From Selaginella moellendorffii (Eukaryota; Plantae; Lycopodiophyta), in the NCBI RefSeq assembly GCF_000143415.4, contig NW_003314275.1, forward strand, positions 2,612,173-2,676,172: a stretch of DNA of 64,000 nucleotides, read 5' to 3'. Made by a program: the position numbers and the translations under genes. Below are positions 27,650 through 39,059 of the stretch, one piece after another (position 1 is the stretch's first letter; each line of letters begins with the position of its first letter). The notes under the pieces were generated by a model, which ran no database searches, was not told where the DNA came from, and saw only the letters and a program-made list of their open reading frames with translations.

Positions 27650-28643
27650 AAAAAGTTTGTGTGAATAAGAATTGGCTGTAGCATCACCCATAGCTTTCAC
27701 ACAAAATCTATCAATCCATTGACAGGCTCAAGAACCCTAAACCGCTATAGAAAAAGTCATACTTTTTAAAGGGTTCCTTCTATTACATTTTTCGAGAGTT
27801 AAGCCCGAGCCGGAGCTCCATTGCGTCGTGCATGTCCACAGGAACGAATCGACTGGAATCGCGAGGATCTGGAAAGAAATCGCGAAGAGAGCTGTAAACA
27901 ATCTAGACAATCGAGAGAGATCGATCGATATCGATCCAAGGGCAAACAAAGTACCATAGATGATGTTCTCAAAGTTGAGCTCGTCCAGTGTTCCAGTGAG
28001 GGACTCCAGACCGATCATGGAGGAAGGGAGTAGATTCCCAGGTCGTTGGCAGCTGCGCAAACACAAAACCATGAGAAACCAGAGATGAAAGAAGAGATTT
28101 TGCGCATTACCGAGAGAGGATCTGGCGATCGAAGTCCATTCTCAGGGCAAACGCTGAGCCATAGAGGTTCTCGACGATCTTCCGCTTGGTGTCGGCCCCA
28201 AATTTCAGCTTCTGGAAGCAAAACCTATCGGTTTCACGAGCGGCGCGGTGGGAGAGATCTTACCTCCTGGTGAAGCGATTGGACGGGATGGAGCGGCAGC
28301 GCATCGCTCTTCAAAGCCGGGAGGCCGTGGCGCAGCGTGTCGTGGTGGCCGAGGACGTCGTGCGGCAGCTCCGAGTTCTCCATGGCGAAAGAATGAACAA
28401 GAACCCTAAAATCGCAAATATTCCTAGGTGGGATAGCTCCGAGGTTCGAGTCCGGCCAAGCGCCTGGGCGGCACGGTCCTCCGATGGATGGAGCTCCGAT
28501 CTCTCAGCGATCGCTCATGGATCCAGTGAGCTGAGAATGCGCGCAGCAGTTCCAGGTCTGTATCGATCGGATCGGAGCTATAGCAGCGCCAAATTTCCAG
28601 AGCGAGAGGTTCCGCGGACATAGGGTTTTCGCGATCGCTGGCC

Positions 28644-31447
28644 ATGGCCGCCGCGGCTAGCGAGATCGAGCCGGCTCCATCGGATCGAAATATTTCACGG
28701 CAGAATTCGGCGCCGCAGCTGCCAGTGTCCACATCGTCGTCCAGCGCCGATCAGCGGTGGCAGTCGTTCAATGGCGCATCAGCAGCTCCAGCTCCAGGAA
28801 ATCCTCCTCCTCCGGGGCCATATTCCGGGCCTCCGGGAGCTCCACTCTTCAAGCCTGCGATCCCTTTCTCCCCCCCTCCGCCGCCACCCTTCGCCGCGCA
28901 ATTCCCACAGCGCCCGCCGCCGCCGCCGGACATCGCCGCGAGTTCGCCACGGCACGGGATGAGCCAGCCATTCTCGGAGATTCCCATCAGTCCTTCCTCC
29001 GGCCCTCCGGGATTGATGAACGGGCAGGGAGAAGATCACACCAAGATCTCTCCAGAGGACTATGCCACGACCTTTGTCATGTTTACATCCCGACTGGTAC
29101 GTTCGTAAAGTTTGTTCTGCTTTTCATCACTCTTGTAAAAACTTTGTGAACTTTTCTTTCACGTAGATCTTGAGCGAGAAGAAGCTCCTGAATGCAACAA
29201 GCTTGGCGTTTGGAGCTCTGCTATCGCCAGGGAGAGAGATCGACCCGTCACCTCCAGCCATCCAGAGAGATCCTGCACGCTGCGAGAAGTGTGGTGCGTA
29301 CCCGAATCTATACTCTCGGCTCACTCCAGTCTCGGGGCAGTGGCAATGCATGCTTTGCCAGAAGATCAACAGCAGCAATGGAGAGTACAGGCCCGCCGGC
29401 GCCAACGATTTGCATAACTGGCCAGAGCTCGTGTCCCCCGTCGTGGACTTCATGGATGCTGGATCATGGAGGCCGGGATTTGTTCCAGTGGCGGACTCGA
29501 CAGTGGCAGCCGCTCCAGTGGTACTGGTTATAGACGAGAGCCTGGAAGAACCTCTACTCCAACACTTACAGAGCTCTCTACACTCGTTCCTGGATTCCTT
29601 GGGACCATCAACTCGGATAGGCATCATCACTTATGGGAAGACGGTCTCCATCTATGATCTCTCCGAGACTGCGCTCGCAGCGGCGGATGTTATACCGGGG
29701 GATGTAGCTCCTAGCCACGAGCTGCTCAAGATGCTGATATACGGGACAGGGATTTATCTCATGCCTATTCATACTTGTCTGGGAGTCGCTCATACGATCG
29801 TCTCATCTCTGAGGCCTTACTCCGGGAACTTGAGAGAAGCAGGGAGACCGCGGTGCCTGGGAACAGCCGTGGACGTTGCTCTCGCGCTTATACAGGGTCC
29901 ATCGACGCAGATAATGGCAAAGCGATCGGGTGGTAACAGCCATGTCTTGGTCTGCGCGGCAGGCCCGAATACTCTCGGTCCGGGATCTCTTCCACAGTTT
30001 GAGAACCATCCAAACTATGCTTATATCGAGGCGAACTCTATCAAGTATATGGAGCGTTTGGGACGCAAGGCCAGACTTTCAGACACAGCCGTGGACGTCC
30101 TGTGCGCTGGGACGTGTCCCGTGAGAGCGGTGACTTTGGAGCCGCTGGTGAAAGCTTCCGGGGGTGTGATGGTGCTCCACGACGACTTTGGAGAGGCTTT
30201 CGGCCTCAATCTCCAGAGATCGTTTACAAGAGCCGGGGGACTTCGCGCGACTCTGGAAGTTCGATGCAGCGAAGGGATTGGAGTTAGCAGTGTTATTGGG
30301 CCGGGACAGGACGCCAGCTCCGATGCGGCCGAGTCTTTTGGAAGAGAGCCCGCGGTGGCACTGCGCATGATGAGCGTGGAAGAACACCAAGGATTTGCCC
30401 TGTCAATGCAGCTGACGAGCAACTTCCACGACGATTATGCGTACTTCCAGTTCGTGGTCCGCTACACGGGCACCTTCCAAGCTCGGATAACGAGAGTCAT
30501 CACAGTGCGGCTGCCGGTCACGACTAGCGTTTCCAAGTACCTCACAGGAATTAATCCGGAGGCCGCAGCGGTCCTGATCGCCAAGAGGACAGCCTTGGAA
30601 GCCAAGAGCATGGCGGACGCGGCAGAGCTGCGCTTCTCAGTCGACCAGAGACTGAAAGATATACGCTCCAGGTTTGGACCAAGGGCCGGGGCACCGCCAT
30701 TCCCCAGGGAGATTACAAAGCTGGCCGAGGCGCTGTTCCACTTGCGTCGTGGTCCACTGCTTGGAAGCATTGTCGGCCACGAAGACGAGCGACTGGTGAT
30801 CAGGAACATCTTCCTCCAAGCTTCGTATGAGCTTGCACTGAGGATGGTGGTGCCGCGAGTGTATCTGTTCCACGACAATGGCTCGTTCGAGGCTGTCCCG
30901 GCTTATAACTTGGCGATGCAGTCCCAGACGGCACTGATCTTAGATCACGGTACCGACGTTCATATCTGGCTGGTAAGTAACGCTCGATCTTTCGCAGGGG
31001 AAAACGTTCTTTCTTTTATCCAGGGACATGAGCTTTGTCAAGATGAGAAGCGAAATGTGGTGGCCTTCTCGGCTTGCAAGGAATTCGTCCGGGAGATAAC
31101 GGAGACTCGATTTCCTGTGCCGAGGATGCTTACTTTCAAGGTGGTCTAAACTTTTTGTTTCACTTATGAAGTTTTGTTTTGAACACTCAGGAGGGAAGCT
31201 CACAGGCAAGATACTTGCAGGCGAGATTAATTCCCGCTCACGACGATCCGCCATACGAACAGGTCCGTTGTTTTGTCCTACGTTTTGATACTATCGAGCT
31301 CTTGCATTCCAGGAGTCTAGATTTCCACAATTGCGGGAGTTGACACCGGAGCAACGCGCGAGGTTGAAGGTGAAATTCGTCAAGACGGACGAGCCAAGCT
31401 TGACCGTCTGGATGAAAAGTCTCAAGCTGTGATTCATCGAAGAATAA
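28644..31447 (+). CDS. SEC23: SEC23/SEC24-family COPII coat protein (divergent SEC23A-like)
   Basis: Pro-rich N-terminus, zinc finger CEKCGAYPN...WQCMLC, trunk domain VLVIDESL, RCLGTAV, GPNTLGPG, helical domain LFHLRRGPLL, gelsolin domain LILDHGTDVHIW, EGSSQARYL. Confidence 0.92.
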
Positions 31448-31489
31448 AGACTATCAATTTTTCCACACCTTTGCATTGATTGTGTCTCC

Positions 31490-33450
31490 TCAAACTCTAT
31501 ATTTCTTTCGTAGAGCTTCCCATTTTTCTAGATCTTCCACAGGAGCAGGAAGCTTTTCCCAGAGCTTTTGGATCACTGCAAAGATTTCACTATCAATACC
31601 AAAGAGAAGAAAACATTCTCTGGAACTAAAGATTGCTCACCACTTTTGTCGTTGTGGCTCAAGCACATAATTGTCATGCTGAAGCGGCCAACTTTGGTGA
31701 GATTATCAAGAACTTGAGCAACCAAAACAGTATCCTCGCTGCAAAACAAACTTACGAGCTGACTAAACGATCCAAAAAACATAGCCAAAATCTTACTTGA
31801 CCATTGTGTCTAGAGTTCTTATAATGTCCACCATCAACGTAGCGCTCAGAGCGTCTCGAAAAACTTTGGGCAGCGAATTAGGATCCATGAGCTGCACTTG
31901 CAATACTCCTGCCTTAGAAAAAAAGGAAAACTTTTGAGGCTCTGTGAATTACCTTCAACAGGCGTGCTTTGGTTCCAACGTCGTCACCAAAGCCTCTCCA
32001 TAGCGTCTCAAACTCGTAAGATGTCTTGGGAGCCACCATGTGTTGCGTGACAGCGTTCATAGCAGTTGCTGCAGCCCGGATCGTCGACGCTTGCATCGCC
32101 GCTTCATCTTTTACCTGGAAATCACAAGCAACGAGTTTAGCTTTTTTTGGCAAGAGATATTAAACTCTTTCGAACCGGTTGCTTGCCGTTTGAAGTTTGG
32201 GAGGAGGTCTTCTTCATGCTCTCGGCTCCATTAACGGCTTTGATGGACGATCTCTGGACTTGAAGTGTTACTTTATCTTCGGGTGGGCGATAAGCATTCT
32301 TCTACAAGAGAAACCGTGTGAGAAACCTCCACTGAACACTGAACTCTCAACGCACCTTTTCATACAAAGCTTTTGCTTCTTCGTACTGCTTTTGAAGGTC
32401 CTTGTTGTGCGGTTCCAGCCGGAGAGCAAATTCAAAGTCTACGAATAGAAATGTGCTTGGCGTCAGTGTTCATAGAAATATAAGAAAATGGCTACCTTCA
32501 ACAGCTCCCAAAAGTTTGTCCCGTTCTCTTCTGGCTGTACCTCGTCTTGCATATGCCTTCGTGTAGCGATCATCCAGTGCGATAGCCTCTGAGCAATCCA
32601 TTTCAGCATCCTCGTATCTAAACTTACAGCACATAAGCACATGAATAGCAAAAATCAGTATACCTTCTGATTTTCAAGAGTGCCATGGCCCGATTGGCAT
32701 AAGCCACGGCTGTTGGATGCAAGCCAATGCTCCGCGAGTAGCACTCAATCGCCTGCACGTACTTCTTCTCCTTGAAAAGTTCGTTTCCCTGGAAAGCCAG
32801 TGTTAACCACGCAAAAAAGAAAGAAAGAACATATTTTCCTTCATCTCAACTCACAAGTTCTTTCTCCGTTACAGCATCGGGGAGGGAGCCTTTCTCGAAA
32901 TCAGGCTGGACAGCCTCGTTGGAGAAAGTCTGTGGAGTACCTTTGGCCGCATAGTCATTTTCTTTAGACTTGGATGCCACTTTCTCTTGCTCGTTTTCCT
33001 CGTCAACCTCTCGCAATGCAGCATCCTACTAAAGCTTTGGTCAGAACAAAGAAGAAGAAACCAAAAAAGAAGAAGAAATTCTATCACCACTCACCACATC
33101 AAATTTGTCCCACTTGTCCCGGAAGTAATCGTAAGTATGCTTTGCAGCATTCACAGAAGGAGCTGCTTGAGCTTGAGCTCTCTTCTTCTCTCTCACGGGA
33201 CGCAACTGCAAAGAAATAAGCTCGATTCTCAGAACCAATGCAAGCATTGTCGCTCCTCAATACCTCTTTCACTTGATCCTGAGACTTCGTCTTGAGCTCA
33301 TTGTCTTTGTTCTTCACTTCTTTTTCCCAGTCTTGCAATCCTCTGAGAAAATCGTGAAGCTCCTGTGGAAATCGAGATCTTTTTTGAGCGATCGATCCAG
33401 CTAAGAGCTCCTACCTGCGTGTTCTCTCTGATTTGCTTCTGCGCGTCCAT
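31490..33450 (-). CDS. RPAP3: RPAP3/TPR5-like R2TP co-chaperone (TPR plus RPAP3_C)
   Basis: MDAQKQIRENT..LQDWEKEVK, EKELGNELFKEKKY..AIECYSRSI..AYANRAMALLK, ALDDRYTKAYARRG, PKTSYEFETLWR. Confidence 0.9.
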
Positions 33451-33726
33451 GGCGCCCTCTCCACAACCTAGCAAGTACACATAAACCCTAAAATCAAAAT
33501 ATTTCCATCGATGCTTCTTCACTCGCCCGTGTTCTTGGCGGTAAGCGCAGCGCCGCGCCCTCTCTTCTCCGATTCCCACGCCTCCTGTGCAGGATTTTCG
33601 TGCGGCTAGCGGCGCTCTCCTCGGCAATCCCTCCGCGCTTCCGCGCTTCTTGAGGTAAGCCGGCAAAAACATCGCATTCTATTCTCCATCTTGCTTCCCT
33701 AGGCGATTCCATCCCTGCATTTTCCA

Positions 33727-34439
33727 ATGCGCATAGACGTTGTGATTCTGGGTGCTAGCGGTGTGCTGCTGCTACTGAGCTTTTGGAATTTTGGCAGCCC
33801 GCTGATCGGCCGAGTCTCGCAGGCCTCTTCTTCCTCCGGCGTGAAGTACCATCAATCCAGGGCCATGGCTCATGAATCCCAGGCCGCTCCAGCCCCTTCC
33901 ATCGTTGTTTATGTGACAGTTCCCAACAAGGAAGAAGGTCCACAATAGCTTTTTTGGCCGGTTTCTTTGTATTTATGCTAGATGATTGTTCCAGGATCCA
34001 AATTGGCGTCGAGTATCATCACCAAGAAGCTCGCCGCCTGTGTCAATCAAATCCCCGGTAAGAAAAAATTTGAGATGCTACAAAGAATTCTTTCATTCAT
34101 GTATTTTCTTATTTAAACAGGTATTGAATCTACATATTGGTGGGAAGGCAAGGTACAAATTCTTTGGACGCAATTCCAACTTTTTTTCTTGTTTCATCTT
34201 GGTTTTAAAAAGGTCGAAACGGACTCGGAGGTGTTGCTGATAATAAAGACGAAGAAAAGTTTGCTGGACGAGCTTACTGCACATGTGATTCAGAGCCACT
34301 CTTACAAGTAAGAGTTTCGCATGTTTTGAGTTCTTTGCTTACTTGTCTGCGTAATTGCAGGACCCCTGAGGTAATTGCTCTTCCGATCCAGGGTGGAAAT
34401 CCGGCGTATCTCAAGTGGATAGAGGAGAGCACGAAGTAA
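33727..34439 (+). CDS. CUTA: CutA divalent-cation tolerance protein
   Basis: IVVYVTVPNKEEG, KLAACVNQIPG, STYWWEGK, LLIIKTKKSL, PEVIALPIQGGNPAYLKWI. Confidence 0.95.
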
Positions 34440-34649
34440 AATGATGCCCAGGTTAATCTTCAAGCAATAGTAATGTTCTGTTTTCTTGCTGCATCTCGTC
34501 TTTCAACGATTTCCCTGTCTGTTGTTTCCTGCCATATATTCTCTGGTTGTTTTGATTACTGTGCGATTTAATAGGATACATAGAGGAGTAAGATGACCCA
34601 GCGACAGTAGCCAAAATAAAAAAAGAAAATCAAGTAAGCTGTTCTTGCC

Positions 34650-37600
34650 ATGAAAACTTTCGTCTCACTGTCTCATTTTGCAGCAGATATGGTCAAAAGG
34701 AGCATATCCTCAGTCCTATACGCACTGAAGCTGTGCATGAGCTCGCGAGATCTTTCAAGGGCGAAGAAAATTCACGCTGATATAATCGAGAGTGGACACG
34801 AGTCGGACCTCTTTGTTGCAAGCACGCTGGTGACTGTTTACTCAAAATGTGGTAGCCTGGTGGACGCCTGCAATGTTTTCAACAAGATGAAGTGCCGAGA
34901 CGTGGTGGCATGGAACAACATTATACTGGCACACGAAGAGAATGGGGAGGCTCAGGTGGCTCTGGAGCTGTTTGAAGGAATGGAAAAGGAAGGATTCTCT
35001 CCGGGTGCTAGAACCTTTGTCGCTGCTCTCAAGGCTTGCTCAAGTGTTGCTGATGGAGAAGATGGCAGTCCACTAAATGTGAAGATACAGTCACTAGAGA
35101 AAGGGATGGTTCTTAACTCGCAAGCGGCAACCAGAGGTTTTGTTGAGGATACTTACGTCTCCAACACACTCGTGGATATGTATGGAAAGTGTGGGAGCAT
35201 GTTGGACGCACGCAGAGTTTTCGACTCGATGCGAGGTCACGATGTAGTGTCCTGGACTGCATTGATCCTGGGGTATGCTGATAACGGGGAACCGGACTTG
35301 GCTTTGGTTATCTTCGAAGGTATGAAAGCCAAAGGTTGTCGACCAAATGCTCTAACTTTTGTTGCGGCTTTGAAGGCCTGCGTCGGTCTAGTGCTCAAGG
35401 AAGAAGAAGGAAAGAAAGTTGATGGCAAGGCCGCGTGTTTTAGGAACGGTGTCCGTGTCCACTCTCAACTAGCAGCCTATGGATTCGATTCAGACATCCT
35501 AGTAGTCAACACTCTGATGGATATGTACTTCAAGTGTGGACGTCTGGTGGAAGCTCGAGCCGTCCTTGAGTGGATACCTTCACTGAGCGTAGTCTCCTGG
35601 ACAGTGTTGACGCTGGGCTATGCTGAAAACGGGGAAGCTGAACTGGCTCTTGACTCATTCTCTCGGATGGCTGCTGAAGACTGCCTGCCAAACTCCAGAA
35701 CCTTCATTGCTGCTTTTAAGGCCTGCAATCTCTTGGCCGCACGGGAAGACAGCAAGGAAGTTGACGGACAGAGCTTGAAAGTTGAAAGTTTGAAGAAAGG
35801 CATAGCTCTCCACTCAAGAGCTTCAAAGATCGGTTGTGACTCGGACATCTTCCTCGCAAACACTCTGATAGACATGTATGCGAGCTGCGGGAGCATGATC
35901 GATGCGTGGAAAGTATTTGCCAAGATGCCTCGACGTACCGTAGTCTCCTGGAACGCACTGATGCTCGGCTTTAGCGACAACGGACAACCCGAGCAAGCTT
36001 TAAGTTCATTATCACAGATGGACTGTCCGCCGGATTCTCTATCGTTCGTGGCTGCTTTCAAGGCTAGTGGCAGTCTGGCAGTTAAGGAAGACGGGAGAAA
36101 AGTTGATGGGAAGCTCATTAAAACAGCGGCCTTGCAGAAGGGACAGGAACTTCACTCACAGGCAGTAGAGCTCGGCCGTGCATCGGACATCCTGGTCGCC
36201 AACACCTTGCTGGACATGTACATGAAGTGTGGAAGCGTAACAGATGCTCTCAAGGTGTTTGAGGGGATATCTCCGCGCACGCTGGTTTCGTGGGCCGTGC
36301 TGATACTGGGCTATGCCGAGAACAACGAAGGTGAGCTGGCTCTCGAGTTTTATGAACGCCTGAAACTTGAGCAAGGCTTCCTGCTCGATGCTTTGACGTT
36401 CGTTGCGGCGCTCAGGGGCTGCACAAGCGTTGCTGTGAAAGAAGTGGGGACACAGGTCGATGGGAAGCTTGTGAAACAGCAGGCTCTGAAGACCGGAATG
36501 GAGATTTACTCTCAGGCATCGAAACAGGGATATGGACTGGACCTGCTCGTCACAAGCACACTGCTTGACTTGTACACAAAGTGTGGGAGCATGACAAACG
36601 CTCGGGAAGTCTTCGGAAAGATGCCGGTCCACAACTCCGCGTCTTGGAACTCACTGCTGCTCGGGTACGCAGAGAGCGGCGAGGAACAGGTGGTTTTGGA
36701 GCTCTTCGACGCCATGAAGCTTCAAGGTGTCGTCCCCGACGTCCGGACTTACGCCGCGGCACTGAAGGCCTGCACGAACCTCGCAGCAAAAGAACAGGGA
36801 ACTCTAGTGAATGGGAAGCTCGTCAAAGCGGAGAGCCTGGAAAAAGGAATGGCGATTCACGCGCAAGCAGCCGGCAGCAGTGGCGGCATGGACATGTTCG
36901 TCTACGGCACTCTGGTGGACATGTACGCGAAGTGTGGCAGCATGGCGGACGCGAGCAGACTCTTCCTCGGCATGGAGGTCCACGACGTGGTCTCGTGGAC
37001 GTCGCTCATGGCGGGATACGCAGACAACGGAGAGCCCGCCATAGGTCTGGAGCTGCTCGACTCCATGGACGCACAGGGCGGCGCTCCAAACGCTCTCACT
37101 TTCCTGGCGGCGCTCAAGGCCTGCGGAGCCATCGCCGCGATCCAAGCCGCGGTGGGAATCCACGCCAGGATCTACCGGTCAGGGATGGAGAACAGCACCC
37201 TGGAGACTTGCCTGCTCGACGCCTATGGAAAGTCTGGGAGCATGGATCGAGCGCAGCGGGTTTTCGACCATTCTAGCGCCTCGACGAGGAATCCAGTGAC
37301 TTGGAACGCGCTGATAGCCGGCTACAGCCGGCATGGCGACACCGAGAAGGTGTTTCACTGGTTCCAGCGGATGCTAGACGAGGGACACCGGGTGGACGCC
37401 ATCACCTGGACGAGCGTTCTCTCGGCTTGCAGCCACGCCGGTCTGGTGCACAGGGGCGAGGAGTTCTTCCGGGAGATGTTGTCCAGAAGCAGCCCCGGGA
37501 TCGAGCACTACCACTGCGTGATCGACATGCTCTCGCGCTACAACCGATTGGAGGCTGCTCTGGCGATGGCCAAGGCGATGCCGTGCCAAGCCAACGAGAT

Positions 37601-37763
37601 CACTTGGACCACCATCTTGGGCGCTTGCTGGAAGTGGAAGAATGTGGAGGTGGCCAAGGTGGCGTTTGAGAGCTTGCAGGAATTGGAAGGCGGACCAGTG
37701 GAGGGCGCTGGCTTCGTGCTCATCTCCAACATCTACGAGACTATGAAAGCTGGCGAACAATAA
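34650..37763 (+). CDS. PLS-class PPR protein with E domain (organellar RNA-editing factor type), intronless
   Basis: Repeated LVDMYGKCGS...A..VF...DVVSW..LI.GYA triplets and terminal PGIEHYHCVIDMLSR...WTTILGAC E motifs. No DYW domain. The start could instead be 34689. Confidence 0.93.
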   Translation: MKTFVSLSHFAADMVKRSISSVLYALKLCMSSRDLSRAKKIHADIIESGHESDLFVASTLVTVYSKCGSLVDACNVFNKMKCRDVVAWNNIILAHEENGEAQVALELFEGMEKEGFSPGARTFVAALKACSSVADGEDGSPLNVKIQSLEKGMVLNSQAATRGFVEDTYVSNTLVDMYGKCGSMLDARRVFDSMRGHDVVSWTALILGYADNGEPDLALVIFEGMKAKGCRPNALTFVAALKACVGLVLKEEEGKKVDGKAACFRNGVRVHSQLAAYGFDSDILVVNTLMDMYFKCGRLVEARAVLEWIPSLSVVSWTVLTLGYAENGEAELALDSFSRMAAEDCLPNSRTFIAAFKACNLLAAREDSKEVDGQSLKVESLKKGIALHSRASKIGCDSDIFLANTLIDMYASCGSMIDAWKVFAKMPRRTVVSWNALMLGFSDNGQPEQALSSLSQMDCPPDSLSFVAAFKASGSLAVKEDGRKVDGKLIKTAALQKGQELHSQAVELGRASDILVANTLLDMYMKCGSVTDALKVFEGISPRTLVSWAVLILGYAENNEGELALEFYERLKLEQGFLLDALTFVAALRGCTSVAVKEVGTQVDGKLVKQQALKTGMEIYSQASKQGYGLDLLVTSTLLDLYTKCGSMTNAREVFGKMPVHNSASWNSLLLGYAESGEEQVVLELFDAMKLQGVVPDVRTYAAALKACTNLAAKEQGTLVNGKLVKAESLEKGMAIHAQAAGSSGGMDMFVYGTLVDMYAKCGSMADASRLFLGMEVHDVVSWTSLMAGYADNGEPAIGLELLDSMDAQGGAPNALTFLAALKACGAIAAIQAAVGIHARIYRSGMENSTLETCLLDAYGKSGSMDRAQRVFDHSSASTRNPVTWNALIAGYSRHGDTEKVFHWFQRMLDEGHRVDAITWTSVLSACSHAGLVHRGEEFFREMLSRSSPGIEHYHCVIDMLSRYNRLEAALAMAKAMPCQANEITWTTILGACWKWKNVEVAKVAFESLQELEGGPVEGAGFVLISNIYETMKAGEQ

Positions 37764-37894
37764 ATAATGGAACTATGGAAATTAGGACTTTCTTAAAGGT
37801 GTTTATATTAGGGTTTTGCTATATATATCTTGTCTAAAAGGTTGCTTAAAGCAGAGGGTGATTTTCAGGTTTTTTTTCGAGTGCCTGACGAAGA

Positions 37895-37985
37895 AAGATG
37901 TGAAGTTAGAGGTGATATGGAGGAGGAACTCGCGGAAGCAACTATGAGGTCCATGCAGGAGGCTGGATTCCATCCCAGAGTAGAA
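37895..37985 (+). repeat. Short dispersed repeat encoding RGDMEEELAEATM (related copies near 49625-49750 and 62100-62215, minus strand)
   Basis: Shared sequence TTAGAGGTGA(T/C)ATGGAGGA(G/C)GAACTCGC(G/C)GAAGCAAC in three places. Confidence 0.7.
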
Positions 37986-38208
37986 CGCAATGCCCGGTCG
38001 CTTCCTTCAGGATGCGGATAAAGAATCTACTCTTCTTTAATCATGTTAATTCTCAGTCTTGCAATTTCAGGCAGGAACTTTCATCTACATCCAAATTAGG
38101 TTAGCTTGAGGCTTGACAAGTGTTTTCTCTCTCTGTGTTTTAGCTCTTCGCCTTCGATCCCTCCCTCCATCCCATCCATTCCATCGAGCAAGCAGTAAAG
38201 CGAGGATC

Positions 38209-39059
38209 ATGTCGGGCTCCACGCTAGCGGCGGGGTCGAGAGTGGCGCCAGGGGGCAGAGCTCACGGCGGTCTCCAGGAGCTCGCCCAGGAGTCGGGCTC
38301 GCTGGGCGGGGTCACGGGATCGCTCCGCGTCATTCAGCTGCAGCTCGTGGCGTTCATCGTTGTCTTCTCGGCCAGCGGGTTAGTCCCTCTTTTGGATCTT
38401 GCATTCCCGGTTTTTGCATCCTTGTACGCGCTCTTCCTGGGATCGGTGGTGTTCCCAAACTACCACAGACGCAGGAGCACCGCGCCCGTGTTTAAGGGGA
38501 GCCGCCTCTTCCAGCTCTACGTGATCTTGGGGACTGTGCTTGGCTTGTTCTTGCCGCTGGGCTATGTTCTAGGGGGATTTGCAAGGGGTGACCAGGCATC
38601 CGTGCGAGCCGCCACTCCACACCTCTTCCTGCTCTCGGTCCAGATTCTCAGCGAGAACTTGATCAGTGGGCTTGAGCTCTTCAGCCTCCCGGTGCGAGCT
38701 CTCCTGCCCATCATCTACACTGGTCGCCGGATCGTTGCCTTGTCTTCGTGGGTTCACGTCACCTTGAAGGCGAGTATACCACCTCAACATGATTTCCAGG
38801 TATGGGAGTTCTCTCTCTCATTTTTCTTTTGACATTCCTTGGTTTTTGTTTACCCCCCAAGAAAGCTGCGTGGGTGTGGTTTGGACGGAGTTTAGCCATC
38901 GCCAATTACGTGTTCTACTCCGTCAATCTGCTGGGATTTTTGATCCCCCTGTTTTTGCCCAGAGCTTTCGAGCGCTACTTCCAGGACAGGGACGAGTACT
39001 ACAAAGAGAAGGAGCAATCGTCCGCCACTGCTCGGGGGCCCGAGAAGAAGTCGCAGTAG
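38209..39059 (+). CDS. Conserved plant multi-pass membrane protein of unknown function (At5g52420-like)
   Basis: GGVTGSLRVIQLQLVAFIVVFSASGLVPLLDL, AVRSATPHLFLLS-like RAATPHLFLLSVQILSEN, and exon 2 WFGRSLAIANYVFYSVNLLGFLIPLFLPRAFERYF. Confidence 0.85.

Noticed and set aside
27737-28623. Cluster of short ORFs upstream of SEC23
   Set aside because: No recognisable domain or consistent exon chain; cannot be supported as a gene.
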